Numbered from the stretch's first letter, positions 40,975-50,603 are shown. The stretch is 64,000 nt of DNA from an uncultured Oscillospiraceae bacterium (GCA_964512095.1 CAZEIH010000010.1:14743-78742), one strand, 5' to 3'. The notes: a model not told the origin generated them from the letters alone. Numbers and translations are program-made.

Positions 40975-41003
40975 ATTTTACCACTCACATACTAAGGTAT
41001 CAA
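40975..41003 (-). promoter_or_regulatory. Sigma-A promoter upstream of truncated murA/ftsQ-sbp-ftsA-ftsZ
   Basis: TTGATA-17 nt-TAAAAT with a TG extended -10 on the minus strand. Confidence 0.65.
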
Positions 41004-41018
41004 CTAAAATACAGATTC

Positions 41019-42329
41019 CTAGTCTATTGAAACAACGACACCTCCATATTTATCAGCCACAGCTGCTAATGCCACCTTATCGGTGGTGTCCTCTTTAATG
41101 ATAACACCTGCAATCCCTCTGTATATCCTGAGGGCTTCTTCAAGAGCTGAAACACTATTAGTTTCAATGATAATGGGATCCCTGACATACCATTGCAGTT
41201 TGTCAACAACATCAGAAAGTATTCTAACAGTAGTAGATATAGCGTCAGTATTTACATAAATAGCGTCAAAGCCTTCAGATGCTATATCAAGACCTGTGTC
41301 CTCCACCCATGAAAGATCATTGTTTTTAAGAGCCTCCATCATTTCAGAATTGCTCTTTGCATCCAGTTTGTATATGTTTTCTTTATCCAGCTTATCCACA
41401 CTAACATATTTTGTGTTTGATGTTATTATTCCCTTTGGCCTATCAGCTGCAGGAGCAGGAATAATGTCCAATACCCTTTCCTTTAGTACTTTTATAAATT
41501 CAGGAGTAGTTCCACAGCAACCGCCAATAAGCCGTGCTCCCAATCCAACAAATTTCGCTGCCAATTCGGCAAAATGTACCGGAGTTTCCTTATATGAAAC
41601 CATACCCTCTGTCACTACCGGTAGCCCTGCATTTGGCTTCACACTGAGATATCCTCCTCCAGCATCATGCATAGCTTTAATAATATCCGCCATATGCTCA
41701 GGTCCAAAGGAGCAGTTGGCGCCTACCATATCTACACCTACTGATCTCAATACAGCAACAGCTACGAAAGGATTTGTACCCATTAGAGTATGACCGTTGT
41801 TTTCGAATGCAAGAGAACAAATAACCGGAAGATTTGTGACGTCTCTGGCCGCCCAATAAGCTGCCCGCAGCTCTGCCAAATCAGTGAAGGTCTCAAAATT
41901 GATAACATCAACACCACCATCTGCTAATGCCTTTACTTGCTCACAATATATTTCATATGCCTTCTGAAACGAAAGCTGGCCAGAGGGCTCAAACAATACT
42001 CCCGTTGGACCAATAGAGCCAGATACAAAAGCCCTGTCCCCCGCAACCTCCTTAGCAAGCTTTGCTCCCAGATAATTTATTTCATAGGTTTTATCTCCAA
42101 GGCCATATTTACTGAGATGTATCCTGTTTCCTGGAAAAGTGTTGGTCTGAATCACATCGGAGCCGGCTTCAAGATATGCCCTGTAAACCCTCCTGACAGC
42201 GTCCTGGTTAGTCAAATTCCATAGCTCACCGCAATCCCCACCCTTTAGGCCAAGGGTTTGCAGCAGGTATCCCTTTGAGCCGTCGTGTATAAGTACGCCC
42301 TTTTCAATTTGCTTTAAAAAATCTCTCAT
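41019..42329 (-). CDS. Homocysteine S-methyltransferase family protein (MetH N-terminal-like; start 42329)
   Basis: LIHDGSKG, GSDVIQTNTF, GANCSFGP, PNAGLP, GGCCGTTPE. Confidence 0.88.
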   Translation of the reverse strand: MRDFLKQIEKGVLIHDGSKGYLLQTLGLKGGDCGELWNLTNQDAVRRVYRAYLEAGSDVIQTNTFPGNRIHLSKYGLGDKTYEINYLGAKLAKEVAGDRAFVSGSIGPTGVLFEPSGQLSFQKAYEIYCEQVKALADGGVDVINFETFTDLAELRAAYWAARDVTNLPVICSLAFENNGHTLMGTNPFVAVAVLRSVGVDMVGANCSFGPEHMADIIKAMHDAGGGYLSVKPNAGLPVVTEGMVSYKETPVHFAELAAKFVGLGARLIGGCCGTTPEFIKVLKERVLDIIPAPAADRPKGIITSNTKYVSVDKLDKENIYKLDAKSNSEMMEALKNNDLSWVEDTGLDIASEGFDAIYVNTDAISTTVRILSDVVDKLQWYVRDPIIIETNSVSALEEALRIYRGIAGVIIKEDTTDKVALAAVADKYGGVVVSID

Positions 42330-42429
42330 AATAATAGCCTCCAATGATTAGTAGAACATTTGTCTATTATTATACCACTATCTTCAGCTATCTACAATTT
42401 AATTCTATGTAAAATAGTAATCAAAACAT

Positions 42430-42478
42430 AATCGATAGGGCTGCTTAATACCTCCTCCACAAGCAAGCCCCATCGATT
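42430..42478. terminator. Long imperfect hairpin downstream of tadC
   Basis: AATCGATAGGGCT-GCTT ... AAGCAAGCCCCATCGATT. Confidence 0.55.
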
Positions 42479-42504
42479 ACGGGTCAGGAAAATGGCCATA
42501 TTTA

Positions 42505-43425
42505 CTACATCGCAGAAAATTGCTCAATCAATTTGATTACTACAGGCCCCAGCAAAACAATAAATAGCGTTGGAAAAATGAATACTACCATTGGTATGAG
42601 CATCTTTACAGGGATTTTCATGGCTTTTTCCTGTGCCCGTTGCTTTCTTTTTAACCTCATTTGATCGGACTGAATACGTAGGACTTTGGCAATACCAACT
42701 CCAAATTGATCTGCTTGGATGATTGCTCCAGTAAATGCAGTAAAGTCCTGTATGTCCAGCCTTTGGGACATATCTCTCAAAGAATCCTTCTTTTGCCTTC
42801 CTACCTTAATTTCCTGCAAAACCTTTTCAAATTCAGAAGCCAAGGGGCCAGGTTTTTTTTCTACAACCTTCAGCAAAGCTCCATCAAACCCTAGGCCAGC
42901 TTCAACACTAACCGTTATTAAATCTATAACATCAGGTAATGAATTTAATATCGTTGTTTGCCTTGATGTGATTATCTTACCAAGAATAAAGCTTGGTAGT
43001 ACAAAACCCATAGCTATCTCCGACAGAATGAACAAAATAATAGTCCCACCCTTCACGCCTGAGTTTTTGCATACAATAAAGGTAATCAATGGCAGTATGG
43101 TTACAAGCAAGGCTTGGACATTGGCCCATTCCTTAACAGATAGCTTCCCAGGGTTACCTGCCCTAATTACTTTATTTTCAAGGGACGCTAACATTTCCCT
43201 AGGGGTGATTTTCATCATAGCCTTGCCCATACTGTCAAGCATTGGACGGATAACCCTTGTCAATAAAGGCTGGCTTAACTCTTCATCATCGTTTGTTATC
43301 CCTAACTTTTTGATACGATGAAGTCTTGTTTCTATTGATTGCTTATCTCGGTTGGCAACTGAAAAAAACGTATAAAGGAGCATAAAGCAGCTTGCAAAAA
43401 CCATTATAAAAATTGCTATAAGCAT
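42505..43425 (-). CDS. tadC: Tad pilus inner-membrane platform TadC
   Basis: LPDVIDLITVSVEAGLGF, QADQFGVGIAKVLR, KAMKIPVKMLIP. Confidence 0.92.
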   Translation of the reverse strand: MLIAIFIMVFASCFMLLYTFFSVANRDKQSIETRLHRIKKLGITNDDEELSQPLLTRVIRPMLDSMGKAMMKITPREMLASLENKVIRAGNPGKLSVKEWANVQALLVTILPLITFIVCKNSGVKGGTIILFILSEIAMGFVLPSFILGKIITSRQTTILNSLPDVIDLITVSVEAGLGFDGALLKVVEKKPGPLASEFEKVLQEIKVGRQKKDSLRDMSQRLDIQDFTAFTGAIIQADQFGVGIAKVLRIQSDQMRLKRKQRAQEKAMKIPVKMLIPMVVFIFPTLFIVLLGPVVIKLIEQFSAM

Positions 43426-43437
43426 CTACTGCACCTC

Positions 43438-44418
43438 CTATATCTCAATCCTTACTATCCTTCGTATCAAAATAATACCGGTAAACTCCATTACGGCTGC
43501 CACTCCAAGCATCAATAGGCCTAAAGGAGTTGTAAACAACAGGCTCATCTGCCCCGGATTAATTAGGTAAATAATTAAACACAATATCAATGGCAGTATG
43601 GAAATCACAAGACCTGATACTCTGCCCTGAGCTGTTATTGCCTTTAGCTCTCCCTTGATTTTTACTCTATCACGGATTGTCTGGGTTATTTTATCAAGAA
43701 CCTCCGATAGATTTCCTCCAACCTGTCTCTGAATCATTACAGCAGTTACCATTAGCTCAAGATCCTCGCTTTCTATCCTATTGACCATATTCTCGAGAGC
43801 TCTCTCTGTGTTCAATCCCAGATTAACCTCCTTTTGTAGTATACTGAATTCCTCTGCAATAGGACCAGTCATTTCCTCCGCTACCATATCCACCGTCTGA
43901 AAGAAGCTGTAGCCGGCTTTTAGAGAGTTCGACATCATTGTAACTGCGTCACCAAGCTGTTCATTTAAAAGCTTAAGTCTTTTCTTAATCCTGCTCTTAA
44001 CATAGAATGATGGCATCAACCAACCACCCACACCTGCCAATAGGGCTAAAGGCCACGTTCCTATTCCCTTGGCCAGTATAATCAAAAAGAACAATAGAAG
44101 AAACAGAATTAAACTAAACACAAGAAACTCTTCTGCCTTCACAGGCAAATGTGACCTTGTTAAGCTTGCCCGTATCTTCCTTTTGTATCCATCAAGAAAC
44201 CTGATTTTACCTATTCCTTTTGAAAGAGCACCTCTAACTGCTCCCGTATTGTCTCTTCTCCTTGATCTTGCCTTATCTTCATGAAATTCTTCCACATTGG
44301 TATACTTACCAAGCCTAGACATATAATCATGCTTTACAGATAATTTACTAAATATTAGGTAATAAATCATGCCTGACGATACAAATGATAAAACAATTAT
44401 CAGCCCCTCCATATTCAT
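43438..44418 (-). CDS. tadB: Tad pilus inner-membrane platform TadB
   Basis: MSNSLKAGYSF, IQRQVGGNLSEVL, RAITA-like KAITAQGR. Confidence 0.93.
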   Translation of the reverse strand: MNMEGLIIVLSFVSSGMIYYLIFSKLSVKHDYMSRLGKYTNVEEFHEDKARSRRRDNTGAVRGALSKGIGKIRFLDGYKRKIRASLTRSHLPVKAEEFLVFSLILFLLLFFLIILAKGIGTWPLALLAGVGGWLMPSFYVKSRIKKRLKLLNEQLGDAVTMMSNSLKAGYSFFQTVDMVAEEMTGPIAEEFSILQKEVNLGLNTERALENMVNRIESEDLELMVTAVMIQRQVGGNLSEVLDKITQTIRDRVKIKGELKAITAQGRVSGLVISILPLILCLIIYLINPGQMSLLFTTPLGLLMLGVAAVMEFTGIILIRRIVRIEI

Positions 44419-44436
44419 CCCTCCCTGAACCGATCG

Positions 44437-45801
44437 TTATCTCATAAATATATCCAAAGGAAGTGATATACCCGCATCTTCAAGTTTCTCTGTGAATTTA
44501 GGCTTTATACCGGTTGATACCAGCGAACCTGTTATTCGTCCTTTTTCATCTCTTCCTTGTTGTCTAAATAAGAAAATATCCTGCATAGTAATTATTTCAC
44601 CTTCCATACCGGTTATCTCAGTAATATGTGTAATCCTTCTTGAGCCATCCCTAAGCCTGGATTGCTGTACTATCAAATCTATAGCTGATGATATCTGTTC
44701 ACGAATTGCCTTTACAGGTAGCTCCATTCCTGCCATCAAAACCATTGTCTCAAGTCTCGATAGCATATCTCGTGGTGAATTAGCATGACCGGTAGTAAGA
44801 GATCCATCATGACCTGTATTCATTGCCTGGAGCATATCAAGAGCCTCGCCACTTCTTACCTCCCCAACAACAATTCGATCCGGCCTCATTCTAAGGGAAT
44901 TTCTTACCAGATCTCTAATAGCTATGGCACCCTTACCCTCTATGTTCGGTGGGCGGGTTTCTAGCCTGACAACATGTTCCTGAGCCAGCTGTAGCTCGGC
45001 TGCATCCTCAATTGTGACTATTCTCTCATCATCAGGAATAAATGAGGACATTACATTGAGAGTTGTGGTCTTTCCACTTCCTGTACCTCCTGATACCACT
45101 ATATTAAGCCTTGCCTCAACACAGGCCTTTAGTAGCATTGCCACCTCTGGCGATAGTGTGCCAAAATTAATCAGGTCTCTGACAGAGAATGGTTTTTCTG
45201 AAAACTTTCTTATTGTTATTGATGGTCCATTGAGAGCAAGGGGCGGAATTATCGCATTAACCCTAGAACCGTTGGGCAATCTAGCATCCACCATAGGTGA
45301 GCTCTCATCAATACGTCTTCCAAGGGGTGCGACAATTTTATCAATGACCTTCATCACATGCTGATCATCCTTAAATGTCACGTCCGTGCGAACCAGTCTT
45401 CCCTTTTTTTCTACATAAACACAGTCGGGTCCGTTCACCATTATCTCCGAAACTGATGTATCGTGAATTAGTTGGTTTATTGGGCCAAAGCCAATGGCTT
45501 CATCAATTATTTGAGTGATGAGCTTTTGCTTGTCCAGTTTTGTTATAAAGGTGCCCTCATCCTCAAGAAAATTCTCAATAATAGCTGAGATTTCATTCTC
45601 CAGCTCCTCCTCATTATTCTCAGTGGGAATTTCCTTTAAGGCTCCGGTGTTTATCTCCTCAATAATCTTTATATGTATGCGTGTTTTTAACTCCTCAAAG
45701 GGATCCTCCTTTGGGACAGCAGACTTTCGCATCTTACTTTGAGTGCCCATCTCCAAGCCTTCCGTGATTTTTTCTCTTTGCATTCTCTCCAGTAACGACA
45801 C
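44437..45801 (-). CDS. tadA: Tad pilus ATPase TadA/CpaF (likely GTG start 45801)
   Basis: [55 protein letters not shown]. Confidence 0.96.
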   Translation of the reverse strand: MSLLERMQREKITEGLEMGTQSKMRKSAVPKEDPFEELKTRIHIKIIEEINTGALKEIPTENNEEELENEISAIIENFLEDEGTFITKLDKQKLITQIIDEAIGFGPINQLIHDTSVSEIMVNGPDCVYVEKKGRLVRTDVTFKDDQHVMKVIDKIVAPLGRRIDESSPMVDARLPNGSRVNAIIPPLALNGPSITIRKFSEKPFSVRDLINFGTLSPEVAMLLKACVEARLNIVVSGGTGSGKTTTLNVMSSFIPDDERIVTIEDAAELQLAQEHVVRLETRPPNIEGKGAIAIRDLVRNSLRMRPDRIVVGEVRSGEALDMLQAMNTGHDGSLTTGHANSPRDMLSRLETMVLMAGMELPVKAIREQISSAIDLIVQQSRLRDGSRRITHITEITGMEGEIITMQDIFLFRQQGRDEKGRITGSLVSTGIKPKFTEKLEDAGISLPLDIFMR

Positions 45802-45853
45802 CTGACCGCCCCCCAGCAAAATTATTTACAATACAGCCATATACTAAGCTGTG

Positions 45854-47050
45854 TTATCCAAACAACTTTCTAATTGAAGATTTTTTCTGATAATCTCCAT
45901 CCAATTCCTTGATAAGCATATTTCCAATATCCATTACAGCTTTAGCCACCTTTGTCTCAGCTCGTGTCATTACAAACGGGAACCCCTTATTTGCAGAGGT
46001 AACAACAGTCTGGCTGTCTTCTGGTATGTAAGACCAGATATTCTTGCGCAATGTGTTTTCAAAGTCCTTATATTTAATCCCATATTGTTCAGACGCTTTA
46101 TTTAGTACAACATAGATTTTATCATGAGAATACCTGAGTGTATCCATTACATCAAGTCCGGCCTTTATGTTCTTAATTGTTGGTAGGTCAAGGGTGGATA
46201 TCAACAGTATCCTATCTGACATATCAAGGGATGTAAGTACAGATTCATGGAAATTTGCTGAGGAATCTACTACTATATAGTGATACGACTCCCTAAGGGT
46301 ATTGATTATCCTTTCAACATGAGCACCTGTTATATATTCAGCATACTCCGGCTTCACAGGTGCAGGCAACACCTTTACCCCAGAGAAATGAGTAACGAGA
46401 TATTCCTCCATCAGACTCTTGTCCATCTGACTAAATTCCTTAACAAGATCACTTATTGTATTCTTAACAGAAACATTGAGCATTATTGCAATATCGCCAA
46501 ACTGCAAATCCAGATCCACCAGTGCTACCTTTTTTTTGGTGCTCCTTGCTATAGAAACTGCTAGATTTGATGCAACTGTCGTTTTTCCAACACCGCCCTT
46601 TGTGCTGAACACAGTGATTACCTTTGACCTAACTTCCTCCTGATATCCGCTGGCCGATATTTTTTCACGCCTTTTTGCCTCTGCCGCATATGCATTTAGA
46701 ATTGTTACAACCAACTCATCGCTATTAAAGGGTTTGCACAAAAAATCCCGGGCACCGGCTGTCATTGCTTTTCTTACATATTCGGTCTCACCTTGCACTG
46801 ACATTATTATGACTGTAGTTTCGGGAATACCCATGGTTATTGCTTCTGTAGCTTTTATACCATCAATACCCGGCATGTTTATATCCATTAACACCACATC
46901 CGGCCTTAGCTCCCTTGTCATAATTATGGCTTCCTCTCCATTTTCAGCCTCACCCGAGACCTCAAGCCTTTTGTCAAAAGATAAAAGCTGCCTTATGTTA
47001 TTTCTGGTTTCTGCAGAATCATCAACTATTAAAACTGTAATTATATCCAT
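45854..47050 (-). CDS. tadZ: TadZ/CpaE: receiver domain plus MinD/ParA-like ATPase
   Basis: N-terminal VDD...MDINMPG...KP receiver, then STKGGVGKTT, DLDLQFGD. Confidence 0.88.
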   Translation of the reverse strand: MDIITVLIVDDSAETRNNIRQLLSFDKRLEVSGEAENGEEAIIMTRELRPDVVLMDINMPGIDGIKATEAITMGIPETTVIIMSVQGETEYVRKAMTAGARDFLCKPFNSDELVVTILNAYAAEAKRREKISASGYQEEVRSKVITVFSTKGGVGKTTVASNLAVSIARSTKKKVALVDLDLQFGDIAIMLNVSVKNTISDLVKEFSQMDKSLMEEYLVTHFSGVKVLPAPVKPEYAEYITGAHVERIINTLRESYHYIVVDSSANFHESVLTSLDMSDRILLISTLDLPTIKNIKAGLDVMDTLRYSHDKIYVVLNKASEQYGIKYKDFENTLRKNIWSYIPEDSQTVVTSANKGFPFVMTRAETKVAKAVMDIGNMLIKELDGDYQKKSSIRKLFG

Positions 47051-47089
47051 TTGAATCACTCCTTGATATGAGATAATTTACCGCTCTTT

Positions 47090-47845
47090 TCATCCCCCAT
47101 CTTTATCTGGCATTATGTGTACACCCCTATTGCCAGTCATATCCGACCTCAGAATACCCTTGGCGGAGATTTCCTCTTCGTCACCTAACGGTCTCAATGC
47201 CAGTCTCATAACTCCAAATTCTGTAGCAAATACAAACCTCTCAACATCTTCCGCTTTAATAGCCAGTGTCACAGTCGTTGGGGGTTCAGAAAGCTTCTTA
47301 GATGATAACATCACATCCTGTCCCAAAGCCAAGACCTGAATATTCTGAAGAAGTAATTTTGAAGTGCGAGGGTATACGTCACCTGATGCTGCCTCTTCCC
47401 TTTCAAAGCTCACAAACAAATCGACAAAATCCCCTGGTCTCACTAGATTTGCCACATTGATCTGTTCTGTAACATCCATGCTCACAGCCCTCGTTCCCTC
47501 TGGAACCATGTATGATACGTACGTACTCTCCTCGCCAGCAAGCCTTTCGCCCCTAATGAGTTCCCCCTCTACAATACTCTGAATAGTGTATTTACCTATG
47601 ATTTCCTTAGAATCTGTAATGGCTCCGGTATTTATAAGCTCTTTTGCCACATTAATCTGTTTGATATCTGATGCTAATATCTCAGTCCTATCAGGTATAG
47701 TCCTTGAGGCCACATATATTGTGGCTTGCTCAACCTCCGGCATAACAACAGTTTTACTTCCGGATATATAGACATAAATCAAAGTTGCAGTAGCAAGGGA
47801 TAATATGAGTGAAATTATAATAATCCTCTTGTTTTTCTTTTCCAT
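47090..47845 (-). CDS. cpaB: Flp pilus assembly protein RcpC/CpaB
   Basis: SAF domain, GTRAVSM...RPGDFVD, LLQNIQVLA, TVTLA...LRLAL-like MRLALRP. Confidence 0.92.
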   Translation of the reverse strand: MEKKNKRIIIISLILSLATATLIYVYISGSKTVVMPEVEQATIYVASRTIPDRTEILASDIKQINVAKELINTGAITDSKEIIGKYTIQSIVEGELIRGERLAGEESTYVSYMVPEGTRAVSMDVTEQINVANLVRPGDFVDLFVSFEREEAASGDVYPRTSKLLLQNIQVLALGQDVMLSSKKLSEPPTTVTLAIKAEDVERFVFATEFGVMRLALRPLGDEEEISAKGILRSDMTGNRGVHIMPDKDGG

Positions 47846-47859
47846 ATGTACCTCCGATA

Positions 47860-48249
47860 TTATTCACACCGCATTGTAGTACTGGTTTCAATATCGAATG
47901 CTTCAGGGAAAAATGCACCTATAACAGGTGTTATCATACTGTATCCATATCTGACTGTTACAGTAACTGGATCCCCAGAACTCCTTCCAGCCTCATTAGG
48001 TAGTATTTCGATTTCAAGTCTTGTGGGTTCCAATGACGCTGCCGCATTATTTGTTGCAAGCAAGATCTGCTCATCTGTGTTTCCCACCGTAGCACGTCTG
48101 GCACCTTCCCTCGATGCATTACTAACCACCAAATAACTGTTGAAAAGTAGCCCAAAATCTATAATGCCCGTTAGCAGGAGCAGCAGTACCGGTAGTATGA
48201 GAGCGGTTTCAACAAGTGACTGTCCTTTTCTCCTTATTCTCATTCTCAT
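47860..48249 (-). CDS. tadE: TadE-like pseudopilin (likely start 48249)
   Basis: RRKG/QSLVETALILP, IIDFG, ASREGAR. Confidence 0.92.
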   Translation of the reverse strand: MRMRIRRKGQSLVETALILPVLLLLLTGIIDFGLLFNSYLVVSNASREGARRATVGNTDEQILLATNNAAASLEPTRLEIEILPNEAGRSSGDPVTVTVRYGYSMITPVIGAFFPEAFDIETSTTMRCE

Positions 48250-48317
48250 AATACATTCTCCTCCGCATTTATAACCCATTGTATTAATTAAATCGTCTCA
48301 GCCTGCCTTGTTATAAA

Positions 48318-48347
48318 ATTACCCTACCTGAAATCAGATAGGGCAAT
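48318..48347 (-). terminator. Stem-loop between flp and tadE
   Basis: ATTACCCTACCTGA-aa-TCAGATAGGGCAAT imperfect inverted repeat. Confidence 0.55.
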
Positions 48348-48374
48348 CTTTATCGTATGATTGTGTCAACATTA

Positions 48375-48572
48375 TTATGGTTCAGGTGTATTACCTGTAA
48401 TTATCGCAGCTATGTTACCGAATAGTGTACCAAGTGGTTCTTTGAGAACTGTCAATGCTGCTACCAGTATCACTGCGATGATACCAATGATCAGGCCGTA
48501 CTCCACCATACCCTGACCCTTTTTGCTTGCAAAACGTGTCTTCAAGTAAGTTAACAATGCCATCATCTTCAT
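48375..48572 (-). CDS. flp: Flp family type IVb/IVc pilin
   Basis: KKG/QGMVEYGLII Flp motif, hydrophobic helix, 65 aa. Confidence 0.93.
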   Translation of the reverse strand: MKMMALLTYLKTRFASKKGQGMVEYGLIIGIIAVILVAALTVLKEPLGTLFGNIAAIITGNTPEP

Positions 48573-48704
48573 TTTTTCGTACCACCTTTCATAAAATTTA
48601 ATTATTCGAAAAATTTTTTTTTGCTTTCGTCTGACTTAATTATAGACCGGTTTGGATTGTAATAGTATCCGTCAATGGGCCTTTTTTCATGATGATTTGG
48701 ACCT

Positions 48705-48740
48705 AAAAAAGCCCTCCGGATAATAACATCCGAAGGGCTT
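48705..48740 (-). terminator. Intrinsic terminator after degU
   Basis: AAGCCCT(C)CGGAT-aataac-ATCCG(A)AGGGCTT with a 6-T tract on the minus strand. Confidence 0.8.
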
Positions 48741-48784
48741 ATATGACTGGGACTTTTGTACCAGGATATAGGACATATTGTTTA

Positions 48785-49438
48785 TCAACTCATAATGTTA
48801 TGCTTTATGGCATATATGGCAGCCTGAGTCCTGTCTGATACATTAAGCTTCTTAAATATGTTGGAAATATGATTCTTCACAGTCTTTTCACTTATATACA
48901 GAGTTCTTGCTATCTCCTTGTTTATCATTCCCTCGGCGATAAGCCCCAGTACTTCTGTTTCTCTGGCTGTAAGGTTGTTTTCGTTATGCTTTCCTTTCTC
49001 ATGCAACGTGACCCTGTTGAACTCCTTCACCAACTCCATCGTCATGTTGGGCTGGATATATGACCGTCCCGAATGAACATTGCGTATGGCTTCTAATAGC
49101 ACCTTGGGCTCAGCGTCCTTGAGCACATATCCCTCTGCACCCATTTGTAGTGTCTTGAAAAGATATTCTCTGTCCTCATGTATAGTTAGAACAATGATTC
49201 TACTGGGTAACTGATCATCCTTTATTTGCTTTATCGCCTGTAAGCCATTAGTGCCAGGCATATTTATGTCCATTAAGATTACATCAGGCTTATATTGCTT
49301 GGTCAACTGGACAGCTTCATTGCCGTTAGATGCCTGAGCAATGACCGTTATATCGCTTTCAAGTTCTAGTATCTGTTTGAGTCCCTGCCTGATTAGAGAA
49401 TGATCATCGGCAATAAGAACACTAATCCTGTTACACAT
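48785..49438 (-). CDS. degU: NarL/LuxR-family response regulator, DegU-like
   Basis: IADDH, MDINMP, LTIHED, HTH LTARETEVL...NKEIA...SEKTVKNHISNIFKKL. Confidence 0.8.
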   Translation of the reverse strand: MCNRISVLIADDHSLIRQGLKQILELESDITVIAQASNGNEAVQLTKQYKPDVILMDINMPGTNGLQAIKQIKDDQLPSRIIVLTIHEDREYLFKTLQMGAEGYVLKDAEPKVLLEAIRNVHSGRSYIQPNMTMELVKEFNRVTLHEKGKHNENNLTARETEVLGLIAEGMINKEIARTLYISEKTVKNHISNIFKKLNVSDRTQAAIYAIKHNIMS

Positions 49439-50603
49439 TTTCTACCTCCCCTTCTTGAATAAAAGGTATCATTATATTTATCCGTGTACCTTTCCCCGGC
49501 TCAGAGCTTATATTCATCTCACCATCGAGAAGCTCCACTCTCTCCCTCATGCTTACAAGACCAAAGCCGCTGGATATGTCCTCGTGTCTTTCATTGAGTT
49601 TAGCTGTGTCAAAGCCCAAGCCATCATCATATATATATAGCTTCAAATTCTTTTGCGCAAATTCTAAGTGTATGACAACATTATCAGCTTTGGCATGCTT
49701 TGATATATTGCTCAACGCCTCCTGCACAATACGAAACACCGTCAAAGATATAACAGACTTCAAATCAGGCTGAGCTCCCACTACATCAAATGAAACAGAT
49801 ACCCCATACTCCTCCTGATATGTGAGTACATATCTTTGCAATGTTGGAATCAAACCAAGATCATCCAGGGACATCGGCCTCAGATCATATATAATCTTCC
49901 TTACATCCTGAAGGCTTTCCCTAACAACCTTCTTCAGGTTTTTCAACTCATCCCGGGCTTTATCCAAATCTATATCAATCATTCTTTCACATATTTCAGC
50001 CTTAAGAACCACATTTGACATAAGCTGGGCAGGTCCGTCATGTATATCTCTGGCCACTCTTTGACGCTCCTCCTCCTGGGCCTTTATTATCTTGAGCCCA
50101 AGAAGCTGTTTGTGTTGAAGCCCTTCAAGCTGCAAGCTCACCTCTTGAAGATCGCCGGTCAGATAACTAAGAGCCGCACTAACCTGTGTTATAAGATTAT
50201 CAGCCCTTTGAACAGTTTTTATCGAATCCTTTATCCTTATTTCCAGATCATTTCGCTGTCTTATAAAATATTGCTCCAGTTCTCTCTTAACAGCAAGGTC
50301 TACTCGCAAGTTATCGGCTTTTTCGTATGCCTCCTTAAGCTCCTCCTGAGAATAATGGGGAAAATTCTTATTTATGAGCATAAGTCTTCTTTTGCTGTCT
50401 TTTAATGCAACTTCCAGTACCTCAACCTCAGCGATCAGTTGTTTCACTTGATCCTTAAGAGAAGTCAGCTCATCCTCAAGCCTTTTACATTCTCTTCGAG
50501 AATTCTCAGCAATCTCGTAAATATCTGATTTGCTATTGTTGATTGCTTGTATAGTCCTTTTTATAATTTGATCAAGCTGCTTTATATCTATTTTATGCCC
50601 CAT
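49431..50603 (-). CDS. degS: Cytoplasmic sensor histidine kinase DegS
   Basis: Sensor_DegS N-terminus (SDIYEIAE...R), RDIHDGPAQ H-box, EALSNISKHA, DDGLGF, GFGL, GTRI; no TM segment. Confidence 0.88.
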   Translation of the reverse strand: MGHKIDIKQLDQIIKRTIQAINNSKSDIYEIAENSRRECKRLEDELTSLKDQVKQLIAEVEVLEVALKDSKRRLMLINKNFPHYSQEELKEAYEKADNLRVDLAVKRELEQYFIRQRNDLEIRIKDSIKTVQRADNLITQVSAALSYLTGDLQEVSLQLEGLQHKQLLGLKIIKAQEEERQRVARDIHDGPAQLMSNVVLKAEICERMIDIDLDKARDELKNLKKVVRESLQDVRKIIYDLRPMSLDDLGLIPTLQRYVLTYQEEYGVSVSFDVVGAQPDLKSVISLTVFRIVQEALSNISKHAKADNVVIHLEFAQKNLKLYIYDDGLGFDTAKLNERHEDISSGFGLVSMRERVELLDGEMNISSEPGKGTRINIMIPFIQEGEVENV

